Shown here piece by piece: positions 27,436-36,942 of a DNA stretch of 39,450 nucleotides (within the stretch, counting starts at the first letter, position 1; each line of letters starts with the position of its first letter). Where the stretch lies: the IMG/VR virus record IMGVR_UViG_3300042541_000156, positions 1-39,450 of that record, one strand, 5' to 3'. The notes under the pieces were generated by a model that worked only from the letters and a program-made list of their open reading frames with translations, did not search any database and was not told the origin of the DNA. Source of the stretch: a virus (Duplodnaviria > Caudoviricetes). The position numbers and the translations under genes were made by a program.

Positions 27436-28647
27436 TTAGTTCGGAAGCTTTTTACCAAGAGCCTGTACATATTTTGCCATTGGACCCTGTAGTTCTTCCT
27501 GAATCATTGACTTACCATCGGCAGTTGCATCAACGGAATCAAGTTCCTTTTGAGCCTTTACTGTCGTTGGGAAATAGTTTTCGCGAAGAGTTGTAATCTT
27601 AGATGTAAACTCATCTGCATTATTGAAATCAACATTTTCAGCCAAAGACTTAAGTCTCTCTGCCTGAGTTGCGGCAAGGCCTTCAACTACAGTATTAAGA
27701 ATTTCAGTCTTCTGGCTTTCCGCTAGAACCTTTGAAAGTTCTACATTACGTTCAATTTCTTCATTCAGCTTAGCCTGAAGTTCTTCAACAGTAGAACCAA
27801 GCTCTTCAACTACTGATACCTTGTCTTCTGGAATATCAATGTAGTTTTCAGCAAAAAGCTGACGAAGACCTGAAATAAATTCTTCTGTTAATTCTGTGCG
27901 AAGACCAGCTTCGATAGCTACTTCATTCTCAGATACCCACTGCTCTACAACGTAGTTTAGGTAATCATCAACGTTTGAAGCAAGTTCTTCTTGAATATTC
28001 TTTACTTCTTCTTCAAGAGTAGAAGCAAATGCTTCTTCAAGAGCAGCTAGTTCTTCTTGTAGCTTTGCGTTAACAGCAGCTTCAAAAATTGTTGTAGCTT
28101 TAGCGCGGAATTCTTCAGATAGATTTTCGCCTTCTAGAAGAGCGTTAACATGTTCAGACATATCAATCTGATATGATTCCTTCATGTCTTCCTTATCGTC
28201 TTCTTCTTCATCTTCGTCTTCATCATCTTCTTTTTCTTCGTCTTTTTCTTCAACGAGTTCGAAGTTTTCTTCGATAGCAGCAGCAATTTCGTCTTCTGAA
28301 GCACCTTCAGCTACCATCTTGTCGATGAATTCAGCTAGTTCTTCAGAAATCTCAATATCATCACCATCAACTTCATCATCTTCTTCAAGATGCTGTGTTG
28401 GTTCGGCAGCCTTTGCGCTCTTTGTAGGAGCAGATGTGTCTTTCTTGAGTGGTGCAGCAGCTGCCATACCAGCGTTTGTACCGCTGTTTGGTGTAGCATG
28501 AACTGGTGCATCAGCAATTTTTGTTGAAGCAGAACCTTCAAGCTTTTCCATTGAATCAGTTTGCTTTGATCCAGGCTTTAATGTTTCGGCATTGGCTGTC
28601 TCATTCATGAGAATAGCCTTTGCTGTTTCGGTAAGCGATCTTGCCAT
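27436..28647 (-). CDS. 22: Prohead core scaffold protein (gp22)
   Basis: LSEEFRAKATTIFEAAV, VDDYLNYVVEQW, ENYIDIPEDK, LRENYF; acidic. Confidence 0.93.
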   Translation of the reverse strand: MARSLTETAKAILMNETANAETLKPGSKQTDSMEKLEGSASTKIADAPVHATPNSGTNAGMAAAAPLKKDTSAPTKSAKAAEPTQHLEEDDEVDGDDIEISEELAEFIDKMVAEGASEDEIAAAIEENFELVEEKDEEKEDDEDEDEEEDDKEDMKESYQIDMSEHVNALLEGENLSEEFRAKATTIFEAAVNAKLQEELAALEEAFASTLEEEVKNIQEELASNVDDYLNYVVEQWVSENEVAIEAGLRTELTEEFISGLRQLFAENYIDIPEDKVSVVEELGSTVEELQAKLNEEIERNVELSKVLAESQKTEILNTVVEGLAATQAERLKSLAENVDFNNADEFTSKITTLRENYFPTTVKAQKELDSVDATADGKSMIQEELQGPMAKYVQALGKKLPN

Positions 28648-28666
28648 ATTTAACTCCTTTTGAAAT

Positions 28667-28674
28667 TATTTAGT
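28667..28674 (-). promoter_or_regulatory. Late promoter (ACTAAATA) for gene 22
   Basis: Overlaps the gp21 stop codon; upstream of AAGGAG. Confidence 0.7.
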
Positions 28675-29329
28675 ATTTTGCAAGTTTTGACATAAAATTC
28701 TCAAAAAGTCGCAGACTTACAGCTTCGATATCAGCTTTAGAAGCTTCCTGTAGCTGTCTCTTAGCAGTGTAGTAGTCTACTTCTTTCCATCCTGTTCCAT
28801 CTAGAATCCATTCTTTGCTTTCCATAATGCCTTGTACAAAAGCATCTTGAGCAGAAGGATCCGCAACGATATCACCGGCTGTTGCTAGATGAAAATCGTC
28901 TTGAACTAGTTTATATCCGTTTCCTTCTTTAAGAGACCCTACGCCTCTAGTGGAAACGCCTAAACTTGCACCACCGTCCAGCAAAGACTTCACAATCTTG
29001 CCATTAGGAGTATCTAAAATTTTAGCTTTACCGATAAAATTATTACCATCAGGATATAGTTGTGTGATCATATGAGACACACGGTCGAGATTAATAGAGG
29101 GTGAATCTGGATGTCCTAGTTCACCGAAAGCTCTATTCTTGTTAACATAGTTTTGGTTGTATCGTTCCACTTCGCGAGATAGAATACCTTGTGGATAAAT
29201 ACGGCCATTACGGTTCTTCTTCTCAGATTGCATGAAGATGCCTGTAATGAAATAATTCTTCTGCTTAGTTTCCTTGTCTTCTTCAACAAGGTACTGAACG
29301 TCTGTTACTTCTTCCTTAATGAGTTTCAT
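28670..29329 (-). CDS. 21: Prohead protease (gp21)
   Basis: NRNGRIYP, GELGHP, RVSH, GVSTRGVGS, DIVADPS. Confidence 0.96.
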   Translation of the reverse strand: MKLIKEEVTDVQYLVEEDKETKQKNYFITGIFMQSEKKNRNGRIYPQGILSREVERYNQNYVNKNRAFGELGHPDSPSINLDRVSHMITQLYPDGNNFIGKAKILDTPNGKIVKSLLDGGASLGVSTRGVGSLKEGNGYKLVQDDFHLATAGDIVADPSAQDAFVQGIMESKEWILDGTGWKEVDYYTAKRQLQEASKADIEAVSLRLFENFMSKLAKY

Positions 29330-30000
29330 ATACCCATTGCCTTTCTTCTGTTCATGGAGCGTTTACGCTTCATCAAAATTCTGCCCATTTGGGACTTTCT
29401 TTTAAGCTTCGCTTTACGGGCGCCCATCTTCCGACGACGGCGCTCTGCTGGAGACATCCGAGTTAGTTTACCACCACGCAATGTCATTCCAGCAACGTTT
29501 GACTTTTTAACTCGACGTTGAACTTTACCACCACGAACGCGAGCCTTAATAACTTTAATGCGCGCCTCGTATAGTTCAGATTCTTCCATTTGAGAGTTTT
29601 TTAAATCTTGTTCTGATGGCGCGCCTTCTGATCCAGGTTTACGCATACGCTCGCCTGAACCAGCTTTGATTCTTCTGCGCTTGGCATGGATATTATCCCA
29701 AAGACCTCTCTTTTCATTAAGGTCTTCTTCTTTTAGATTGTTTTTTGGAACAACTGTAGTATTAGGTGGTTGTTTGTCGCCTTTATCATCGCGATTAACT
29801 CTCTGTCCTGCTGGTGCTTGACCATTGCTTATTTCTTTAGGATCAATCGATTCTTCGATATCATCTTCACAAATATTAGCAGCCACCATCTTCTTTTTTT
29901 CGTGGATAAGTTTTACCATAATAGAAGCAAACTTTTCTTCCAACATCACATTGGCTAAATCGAAATTTTTGTTTAGGACTGCTTCTACTAGTTTTGTCAT
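29326..30000 (-). CDS. Prohead core protein: gp67-like N-terminus fused to a gp68-like basic C-terminus
   Basis: ATG at 30000 just after the upstream stop; MTKLVEAVLNKNFDLAN...LIHEKKKMVAANI is gp67-like; RMSPAERRRRKMGARK...RKRSMNRRKAMGI is gp68-like; lies directly before gp21. Confidence 0.7.
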   Translation of the reverse strand: MTKLVEAVLNKNFDLANVMLEEKFASIMVKLIHEKKKMVAANICEDDIEESIDPKEISNGQAPAGQRVNRDDKGDKQPPNTTVVPKNNLKEEDLNEKRGLWDNIHAKRRRIKAGSGERMRKPGSEGAPSEQDLKNSQMEESELYEARIKVIKARVRGGKVQRRVKKSNVAGMTLRGGKLTRMSPAERRRRKMGARKAKLKRKSQMGRILMKRKRSMNRRKAMGI

Positions 30001-30004
30001 GGAA

Positions 30005-30487
30005 TTAAGCTCTGTTGAATGCGTATGGATCCGCTGTCTGACCAGCATCGTAATCCGCGTTATCTTTCTTCAGTTCAAGGAACATTGTAATTGCATCACC
30101 TGTTCCCATACCAACGGTAGATATTAGGATGTCGCCTGTAGCGTTTGCTTCAGGATTATTAATAAGGACGCCTTCGCCTTCTGCACCGTAATCAATACCA
30201 CTAGAACCAAATACGATAATCTCTGAATTGGCATCGCCTTCCCACTTGAGACGAATAGTTCCTGCTAGTTTACCAAACGCTTTAACCTTTTTGATTGAAG
30301 TTCTGTAATTGGACTTCATATCAGTCTGTGAGATGATACCGTTTGCATTTAGAGCAAAAGCCAAACTTGAAGCATCTAGTAGTCGTGTATTAGATTCTTG
30401 TGTTGTGCCATCAGCAATTATCACATACTTGACAATTGTTTTCTTGTTGCTATCTACTAATTTTTGTTCTACAATTCTGTTTGCCAT
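30005..30487 (-). CDS. Hypothetical virion protein (160 aa)
   Basis: Tightly packed in the head cluster; NNPEANATGDILIST beta-rich segment. Confidence 0.65.
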   Translation of the reverse strand: MANRIVEQKLVDSNKKTIVKYVIIADGTTQESNTRLLDASSLAFALNANGIISQTDMKSNYRTSIKKVKAFGKLAGTIRLKWEGDANSEIIVFGSSGIDYGAEGEGVLINNPEANATGDILISTVGMGTGDAITMFLELKKDNADYDAGQTADPYAFNRA

Positions 30488-30488
30488 G

Positions 30489-31724
30489 TTACTGCCCTAC
30501 TGCGAATGAAATTATTTTGTTGAAAGATTCTGTGCTTTCGTTCATCATACGCAACATCTTCTTACGATTTGTCTTGTTTAAAGACTCGTAAACGTTCTGA
30601 ACTTTTGCTGCTACAGATTTATTTAGTTCAAATTTATTTCCGTTAAGATCAAGTTCTACTGTTTCCTGAACTTGTTTGCTATATAGCAAATCTTGTGCTC
30701 TACTTCTAGCTTGGCCAAAAGCATCATTTGGTCTTACTTCTAATGTACTTTGTCCGCCAATAGGAACAGGTTTGAATTGTGGTCTTTGTGAACCTGAACT
30801 TGATGCTGATCCTCTTCTTGAACCAGAACTCGATATGTCTACATCAACGTCATTATCTCTACGATTTTTACGATTTCGAATTTTTCTTATTCTAGCATAC
30901 CGATCTAAAGTTTTTCTTGAATATTTGGAAGACAGTTTCTTATTCTTAGTTGCTAATTTTCCAGCCGTTTTGGGTGCAACCTTTGACAATAATTTAGCGC
31001 CGATGCCTGTTGCTACACGGGCTGCAACACCAGCTACCAAACCTTCTTCAAGATTTTCTTCCGAAACTGTTGTAGCTCTTTTCTGATTCCTAGCTTTAAT
31101 TAGACCTGCAACTCTATGCTTACGACCTAAATTAAGAAAGGCTCTAGAGATCAATCGTGATATTCCGCCCTTCGCAAAATCATCTGCCGTATCTCCAAAA
31201 ACATTCTTCTGATCGGGTTTACGCTTATCTTTTGCTTTTGCTTTACGAGGTCTGCGAACAGGAAACGGCATTGGATTTGTGTCATCATCATCTTTTTTAG
31301 CCTCGCTCATTGTCAAAACAGATTTCTTATCTGCTTTAGCAGTTTCACCAGGTGTAAACGGTACAGCGACATATTTGTCCAATTGCTGTGAATAATATAA
31401 TCCTACATTTTGACCACCAGGATAGACTCTAACAGCTTTGCGCTTGAGCATAAGAACTGTTGGCATATCGGTCATTTTTGTAGGAGCTTTTTGGAGTTCT
31501 TCTTCCACATTAACAGCATTTTCAATGATGAGAGATTCGAGAACATTCATAACGGTACCCTGCTCCGAGGGAGTTAGAACGCGATTGCTATTTTCCATAG
31601 CGCGTTTTAACGTTGAAAGCTTATTCTCTTTCAAAATACCTGCATGTACAAGAGAAGACAGTTTGTCTTTCTCTTCATTAAAACAAGTTCTAGCTTGTTC
31701 TCTGATATCTCTCAAGCTTTTCAT
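30489..31724 (-). CDS. Hypothetical head-cluster protein, probably internal and gp21-processed (411 aa)
   Basis: Basic segments separated by (I/L/V/M)-x-E sites; block MPTVLMLKRKAVRVYPGGQNVGLYY...YVAVPF. Confidence 0.65.
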   Translation of the reverse strand: MKSLRDIREQARTCFNEEKDKLSSLVHAGILKENKLSTLKRAMENSNRVLTPSEQGTVMNVLESLIIENAVNVEEELQKAPTKMTDMPTVLMLKRKAVRVYPGGQNVGLYYSQQLDKYVAVPFTPGETAKADKKSVLTMSEAKKDDDDTNPMPFPVRRPRKAKAKDKRKPDQKNVFGDTADDFAKGGISRLISRAFLNLGRKHRVAGLIKARNQKRATTVSEENLEEGLVAGVAARVATGIGAKLLSKVAPKTAGKLATKNKKLSSKYSRKTLDRYARIRKIRNRKNRRDNDVDVDISSSGSRRGSASSSGSQRPQFKPVPIGGQSTLEVRPNDAFGQARSRAQDLLYSKQVQETVELDLNGNKFELNKSVAAKVQNVYESLNKTNRKKMLRMMNESTESFNKIISFAVGQ

Positions 31725-31733
31725 TTTATACTC

Positions 31734-31883
31734 TTATTTTTGGCCAAAATAGTTCTGAGCAATGTGGATCTTCTTTTCTTCAAGCTTCTCTACTGCTTTG
31801 GTTGACAAAACGTTTGAGAAGTTAGTTCTCATAGCATCTAGATTGTTCTCTAGAATGTTATTGATTGCTTCTTTGATTGACAT
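31734..31883 (-). CDS. Small gp67-like prohead core protein (49 aa, not in the ORF track)
   Basis: Manual translation MSIKEAINNILENNLDAMRTNFSNVLSTKAVEKLEEKKIHIAQNYFGQK; GGAGA Shine-Dalgarno and a late promoter upstream. Confidence 0.8.
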   Translation of the reverse strand: MSIKEAINNILENNLDAMRTNFSNVLSTKAVEKLEEKKIHIAQNYFGQK

Positions 31884-31910
31884 TTACTTTCTCCAATATT
31901 TACTTTAATA

Positions 31911-31918
31911 TATTTATC
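31911..31918 (-). promoter_or_regulatory. Late promoter (GATAAATA) for the prohead core genes
   Basis: TAAATA core immediately after the stop codon of the ART-like gene. Confidence 0.65.
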
Positions 31919-32795
31919 ATTCTTCCACTAAAGTGCAGTGGAATAACATGACATCATCAAACTCATCAGGATTGATAGGATGAGGTCCAGATATAATCTG
32001 AATTGTAGTAGCTCTGGGCAAAATTGTTTCCATATCTTCTGAGTCGATGTGTATTGCTCTTTGTCCTTGTGGTACTTCAATTTGACATAGAACTTTTGCT
32101 TTGTCTGAATCTGACATTGCTTCAAGGACTACGTTGTAGTCTAATGATGCAGATGTGTACCCTCTGAATAGAAACTTGTTATCTGATTTTAACTTTTCAG
32201 AAGCATATCTTTCCGAAAGAGCAACATACACACTGAAAGGTATTGGTGTAATTGTTCTGTCCATAATCTCATCCATTGCAGACACTAAATCTGTGATTCC
32301 ACTTGCAGTCTGAGAATCTGTTCCGTCATCAAAACCTTTATAAAGATATCTGTTAATGGAATCTGCACCCTCTATATAAGAACCGATGGTTTGCATGTCC
32401 TCATCAGAAATAATCTGAGAGTAGTATTTGTTTAGCTCTTTGTCTGTTTGGAGGATCTCTTTTTCCTTAACCCGAAAAATCTTCTTATCTTCTTTTTGAC
32501 GGTTCTTATAAACCTGTCCAAATGTTTCTGCTGTAGCATAAGTTTCCTGCGACTTTTGTGGGTTAGGCATTGTTGATGCCTTAGCGTACATGTTCTGTAC
32601 ATCTGCCATACCCTTAAATGGCACTAATCTTCCATCTTGTACTACGTATGCAACTTTACCTTTAGCGTCTGAATATCTTCCAAATCCAACATATGTCAGA
32701 CCCATCTTCTTTGCTTCTCTGGAAGCAAAACTTACTGGTTCAGTTTTAATTTCATTTGCTAACGTTTCAGTTAGATACTCATCATACCTTTTCAT
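31917..32795 (-). CDS. ADP-ribosyltransferase (VIP2/Alt-like) domain protein with a capsid-targeting-like N-terminus
   Basis: SINRYLY, FSVYVA, GYTSASLD, IEVPQGQRAIHI, EDMETILPR; N-terminus MKRYDEYLTE. Confidence 0.7.
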   Translation of the reverse strand: MKRYDEYLTETLANEIKTEPVSFASREAKKMGLTYVGFGRYSDAKGKVAYVVQDGRLVPFKGMADVQNMYAKASTMPNPQKSQETYATAETFGQVYKNRQKEDKKIFRVKEKEILQTDKELNKYYSQIISDEDMQTIGSYIEGADSINRYLYKGFDDGTDSQTASGITDLVSAMDEIMDRTITPIPFSVYVALSERYASEKLKSDNKFLFRGYTSASLDYNVVLEAMSDSDKAKVLCQIEVPQGQRAIHIDSEDMETILPRATTIQIISGPHPINPDEFDDVMLFHCTLVEE

Positions 32796-34495
32796 CTTAA
32801 AGGTTCCATAGTATCATTAACAAATCGTTTTCTAGCTGGTTGTGCTAAAGGATCTGTCTGATCTCTATTTAATCCGTTTTGAACCTCTTCTTGAGGTGTT
32901 GGTGGAATAACGTTGGATTGAGGCATCTCAGGTTGCTGCATAGGATTACCCATAGCATCAACAGGAAGAGGATTACCCATAGCATCTGTAGGCATAGGAT
33001 TACCCATAGCATCAGTTGGTACGTTGTTTATACCTTCTTTTTCAATCTGCTTATCAATTTCGGTAATCTCTTCTTCATCCATTTGAAGAACGTTTTTACG
33101 TACCCATTCTTTAGAGAAATAACGTCCAACAAAAGGATCAACCAACTGTAGGATAGCAACTCTATTCTGTAAGAGTTCAGCTTCTTTTAGTTCGTTAAAA
33201 TTGTTATCTGTCTTGAAATCGTAATAGATATCTTCTTTGTACTTTTTCCATTCTTCTTCTGTACAAATGCCTTTTGTGATGAGCTGAACACGCATAAGAT
33301 CATCAAACAATGTTGAAAACTTATTGCGAATGCGTTGCACAAACTTAGCAAACTTGAGTTCTTCGCGAGTGATTTCTGTTGTACGACCTAAAATGCCACC
33401 GCCGGGTTGCTGTTCTAGACGACCAAGAGGAACACCAAGAGACTTATATAGCTTCTTTTCAAAGTACTCTACATCGTCCATCTTACCAAGATTTTCACCA
33501 CCAGGTAACGTAGAAATTTCTGTTCCTTTACCACCTTCGCGTCGAGGAAGCCAGAAATCTTCAAGCATGGAAAGATGCTTGCGGTCATCTTTAATCTCGC
33601 CTGTGCTTGAATCGTATACAAGCTTATTGCGATATTTGGTCATTATATCTTTAAGATATTGTTCGGCTTTGATCGTTGACATGTTACCAACGTCAATGTA
33701 GAAGATGCGGCGTTCGGGCGCGCGGGCCAACCTATAAATAACAGTCGCGTCTTCAACCATTCTCAACTGATTGAGAGGTTTAATTGCCTTGTGTAGATAT
33801 GAGAGAACCATTGCTCTCTTGCTATCCATCAGGCCCGAATTTACATTTACGATTGCATCAGGAGCAATCTTAGCACCTAAATTGGAATGTGCACCAATCA
33901 TTCCGCGTTCGTTGTAGAGATAGTATTCGTTTACATCAGCAATGATATCAATGCCAGTGCGAGGATCCTTTTTCTTTCTGATTTCACGAATCTTACGAAT
34001 ACGACGAGGGTCAATATATCGTAGTTCTATAATACCTTCTTTTGTTCTCTTCTCATCCAATAGAATGTGATAGAACAATCTTCCATCAATATACCAACGA
34101 CGAAAAATATCATGTCCCATATTACCGAAATTGAGAAGTTTGATTACGGTATCAAACTCCCCAGTAATTTTTTTCTTGATACTGTCAGAAATTTCCAAAT
34201 CATCCATATTGATTTCGACAGATTGTCCATGATCATCAGTAATAATGGAATCGTTAATGATTTCGTCAATCGCAGTTTCCAATTCAGGCTGCATTGACAT
34301 TTCACGATAGCGAGTAATTAATTCGATTTCGTTGCGAACTGTACCGTCCAAATCAACATAGGTACCGTAATACGCTCCAGATTGGACCGTAACAGCACCA
34401 TCGTCGTTTTGTGGTAGAGCAAATGTTTTGTTCTGTTCTTCTTGTTCTTCTTGCTTTTTAGCACGAACAATCTCGAAGCCGAATAATTTTGCCAC
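32792..34495 (-). CDS. 20: Portal protein (gp20)
   Basis: FRRWYIDGR, LRYIDPR, LSYLHKAIKP, YRLARAPERRIFYIDVGN, EDFWLPRREGGKGTEI; GTG start. Confidence 0.97.
   Translation of the reverse strand: MAKLFGFEIVRAKKQEEQEEQNKTFALPQNDDGAVTVQSGAYYGTYVDLDGTVRNEIELITRYREMSMQPELETAIDEIINDSIITDDHGQSVEINMDDLEISDSIKKKITGEFDTVIKLLNFGNMGHDIFRRWYIDGRLFYHILLDEKRTKEGIIELRYIDPRRIRKIREIRKKKDPRTGIDIIADVNEYYLYNERGMIGAHSNLGAKIAPDAIVNVNSGLMDSKRAMVLSYLHKAIKPLNQLRMVEDATVIYRLARAPERRIFYIDVGNMSTIKAEQYLKDIMTKYRNKLVYDSSTGEIKDDRKHLSMLEDFWLPRREGGKGTEISTLPGGENLGKMDDVEYFEKKLYKSLGVPLGRLEQQPGGGILGRTTEITREELKFAKFVQRIRNKFSTLFDDLMRVQLITKGICTEEEWKKYKEDIYYDFKTDNNFNELKEAELLQNRVAILQLVDPFVGRYFSKEWVRKNVLQMDEEEITEIDKQIEKEGINNVPTDAMGNPMPTDAMGNPLPVDAMGNPMQQPEMPQSNVIPPTPQEEVQNGLNRDQTDPLAQPARKRFVNDTMEPLR
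32940..33020 (-). repeat. Three 27-bp tandem repeats in the portal C-terminus (P-x-DAMGNP)
   Basis: ggattacccatagcatc at 32943, 32970 and 32997. Confidence 0.85.
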
Positions 34496-34520
34496 TATTT
34501 AATTCTCCATATTGATAAGC

Positions 34521-34546
34521 GGATGGAGAAATTTCTTTCTCCATCC
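34521..34546 (-). promoter_or_regulatory. Perfect 11-bp hairpin (GAAA loop) between gene 19 and gene 20
   Basis: GGATGGAGAAA-GAAA-TTTCTCCATCC; no U-tract follows. Confidence 0.7.
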
Positions 34547-34557
34547 ATCTTGATTAC

Positions 34558-35139
34558 TTAGATCACAACGTCATTTTGGGTCGAAGACTGATCACCAGGA
34601 ATAACTTCCCACCACTGATATGCAAACGTGACAGAATACTCTTCGATAGAGTCATTAGCTGCCCAATCCAAATCAATAGGTGATAGATCAACTGGGAACA
34701 TACCGACAAACTTGTAAGCCTTTAGAACTTCACCACGCTTGCCGTAATGCTTAACGTATCCATCCTGCTGATACTGTGAACTATCGTAAAGTCCAGAATC
34801 ACGTAGGTTGATACGGTGAGAGTTTAGACCATTCATCCACTGCTCAAAGGCGTTGCGGATAACAAAGTCTTCATCATTCAATATTGTAACCGCCCAATCA
34901 CTGAACACTCTGTTGCCAGCAAACTTTAGCTCACGGCCAAAATAATTTACTGGAACTGAGTTAACAGAAGATCCTGGCAACTGAGCCGATCTAGCAAAGA
35001 ATGTGTACTTTGTTTGGGCTCCCTGGGGTGAAGAAATCACCCCAGGTGCTAGTGGGAACGTAATTGTGCATTCGAACAGATTAGGACGGGCACCATCGCC
35101 TGTCATCTGACCTCTGAACTGTTGAATGTTAAATGGCAT
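34558..35139 (-). CDS. 19: Tail tube protein (gp19)
   Basis: GARPNLF, AQLPGS, GRELKFAGNR, IEEYSVTFAYQWW. Confidence 0.95.
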   Translation of the reverse strand: MPFNIQQFRGQMTGDGARPNLFECTITFPLAPGVISSPQGAQTKYTFFARSAQLPGSSVNSVPVNYFGRELKFAGNRVFSDWAVTILNDEDFVIRNAFEQWMNGLNSHRINLRDSGLYDSSQYQQDGYVKHYGKRGEVLKAYKFVGMFPVDLSPIDLDWAANDSIEEYSVTFAYQWWEVIPGDQSSTQNDVVI

Positions 35140-35162
35140 TTTTGATTACTCCTTATTCCTAT

Positions 35163-35170
35163 TATTTATG
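35163..35170 (-). promoter_or_regulatory. Late promoter (CATAAATA) for gene 19
   Basis: Intergenic TAAATA core upstream of AAGGAG. Confidence 0.75.
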
Positions 35171-35176
35171 ATGATA

Positions 35177-36898
35177 TTAGAAGCGACCAACGATTTCGTC
35201 AAATGCCACACCAGTTCTGACAGCAACGAAGTTCAACTGTATGAAGTTGATTGAACGTGCTGGCTTGATGTAAATATCACCGATAAACTCGTTGCGATCA
35301 ATTACTTCAGGAGTGTTATTTGTTTCGTCACACACAACGCGGAAATCATAGATACCACGGCGTCCTTGAACGTCACGTAGATATGGCTCAACAAGAGCAA
35401 CGAACTGTGCGCGTGTGAATGCATCATTGAATTCAAACAATGAATACTTAGCAGCACGGGCAATTGCCTTTTCAAGCACAATAAACAAACGACGAACGTT
35501 AATTCTATCGAATGCTGATGGCTTAGCCAATAGCGTCTTGTCGCCATAAAGAATTGTACCTTCACCGTTAAATGTTACAACTGGATTGATACCATTCTTG
35601 TATAGTTCATCGCGCATTGTCTTATTTGGATTCCATGCAACCTTAACAACGTTCTTGATCTGACCACGATTGAATCCGGCAGGTGAGAACCATGGATCAC
35701 GTTCGAAGTCTGTGCGAACACAAAGTCCAGCAATGTCTCCATTTAGAGGAATCCAACGATACACGTTATTGAACTTGTCAAACTGGTATTTCCAACCTGA
35801 ATCCATAACAGCATATGAAGTTGATCTTCCAATAAGATTCTTAAATGCAATAATGTCTGTTGCTTCATCTCCAACATTATTTACAACGTCATCAAATCTT
35901 GGTGAGAAGAATGCAACGCAATCTTTACGATTTGTAACAACACGGTCAATAACGTTTTGAATAAGAGTTGATGATGCCGAACCAAGAACAACTAGAGAAA
36001 CATCAACTTCGTCTGCATTATCAAATAGGTCGTATGCAGATGTGCGATTATCATCAGATACAGTACCAGATACACCACCGCTAAGAGAAAATGTATATTC
36101 GTTTGATGTTTGAGCAAAGGTTGTGTTTCCGGCAGTTGTACCCCAAGTTGTAGTCTGTGCTACACCATTAGCAGCCATCGCATTATTGATAGCATAAATG
36201 TATGATGAGCGGCTGTTTAGAACATTTACCCAATAATTAGATGAACCATCATCGTTCTTAGCGTCTGAAGCTTTAGAAACATAAGAGAACTTCTCAAGAA
36301 TTGTGTTTGCAAGACCTGTAAAGGCACCCTTAGAATCGATAACAAGAATATGCATTTCGTCGTTAGCGCCGTTTACGCCAGCAACAAATTGAGAAGTTCC
36401 TGGTGCGCCGTTAAATTCTGATGCATAATCGCCATCTGGACCCCATGCAGCGAAAGCTGTTGCATTGGCAGAAGCCCAAAGAGAAACAGAAAGGCTGTTT
36501 CCAAGTTCGCCTGCATACTTAGCTGCAAACATTCCGTCTGTATTTGCTGCGGACAGATCCATGTAATCCACTTCGTATTGATCACGATTAGCAATCAATA
36601 GTCCACTACCGTTTGCAGTAGCATTCTTTGCAACAGAAGTATTGGCAGCACGAATAACCTTAAGGTTACGAGCGTAAGACAGGAAGTTAGCGCATGTGAA
36701 ATAGTCGAGATATGTAGAAGAGTCAGGCTTACCGAATGTGGATACGAGTTCAATTTCGTTTGAAATCGTAACAATCTTGTTAATTGGTCCCCATGCAAAA
36801 CGACCCGCATAAGCGCCTTCTGTTGTACCTACAGAAGGTACAATAGTTGTCAGGTCGATTTCAGAGACATTTACGCCTGGTGACAGTTGAAATGGCAT
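35177..36898 (-). CDS. 18: Tail sheath protein (gp18)
   Basis: SPGVNVSEIDLT, PWFSPAGFNRG, FDRINVRRLF, IKPARSINFIQLNF. Confidence 0.97.
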   Translation of the reverse strand: MPFQLSPGVNVSEIDLTTIVPSVGTTEGAYAGRFAWGPINKIVTISNEIELVSTFGKPDSSTYLDYFTCANFLSYARNLKVIRAANTSVAKNATANGSGLLIANRDQYEVDYMDLSAANTDGMFAAKYAGELGNSLSVSLWASANATAFAAWGPDGDYASEFNGAPGTSQFVAGVNGANDEMHILVIDSKGAFTGLANTILEKFSYVSKASDAKNDDGSSNYWVNVLNSRSSYIYAINNAMAANGVAQTTTWGTTAGNTTFAQTSNEYTFSLSGGVSGTVSDDNRTSAYDLFDNADEVDVSLVVLGSASSTLIQNVIDRVVTNRKDCVAFFSPRFDDVVNNVGDEATDIIAFKNLIGRSTSYAVMDSGWKYQFDKFNNVYRWIPLNGDIAGLCVRTDFERDPWFSPAGFNRGQIKNVVKVAWNPNKTMRDELYKNGINPVVTFNGEGTILYGDKTLLAKPSAFDRINVRRLFIVLEKAIARAAKYSLFEFNDAFTRAQFVALVEPYLRDVQGRRGIYDFRVVCDETNNTPEVIDRNEFIGDIYIKPARSINFIQLNFVAVRTGVAFDEIVGRF

Positions 36899-36942
36899 TG
36901 TGTTTCTCCTTTAGAAAGATTAAAATCTTCTTCTTTCATTTT

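Noticed and set aside
28184-28501. Ser-rich plus-strand ORF
   Set aside because: It is the antisense image of the Glu/Asp-rich tract in gp22
30001-30048. Extended start of the 240-aa ORF
   Set aside because: It overlaps the upstream gene; the gp67-like sequence begins at ATG 30000
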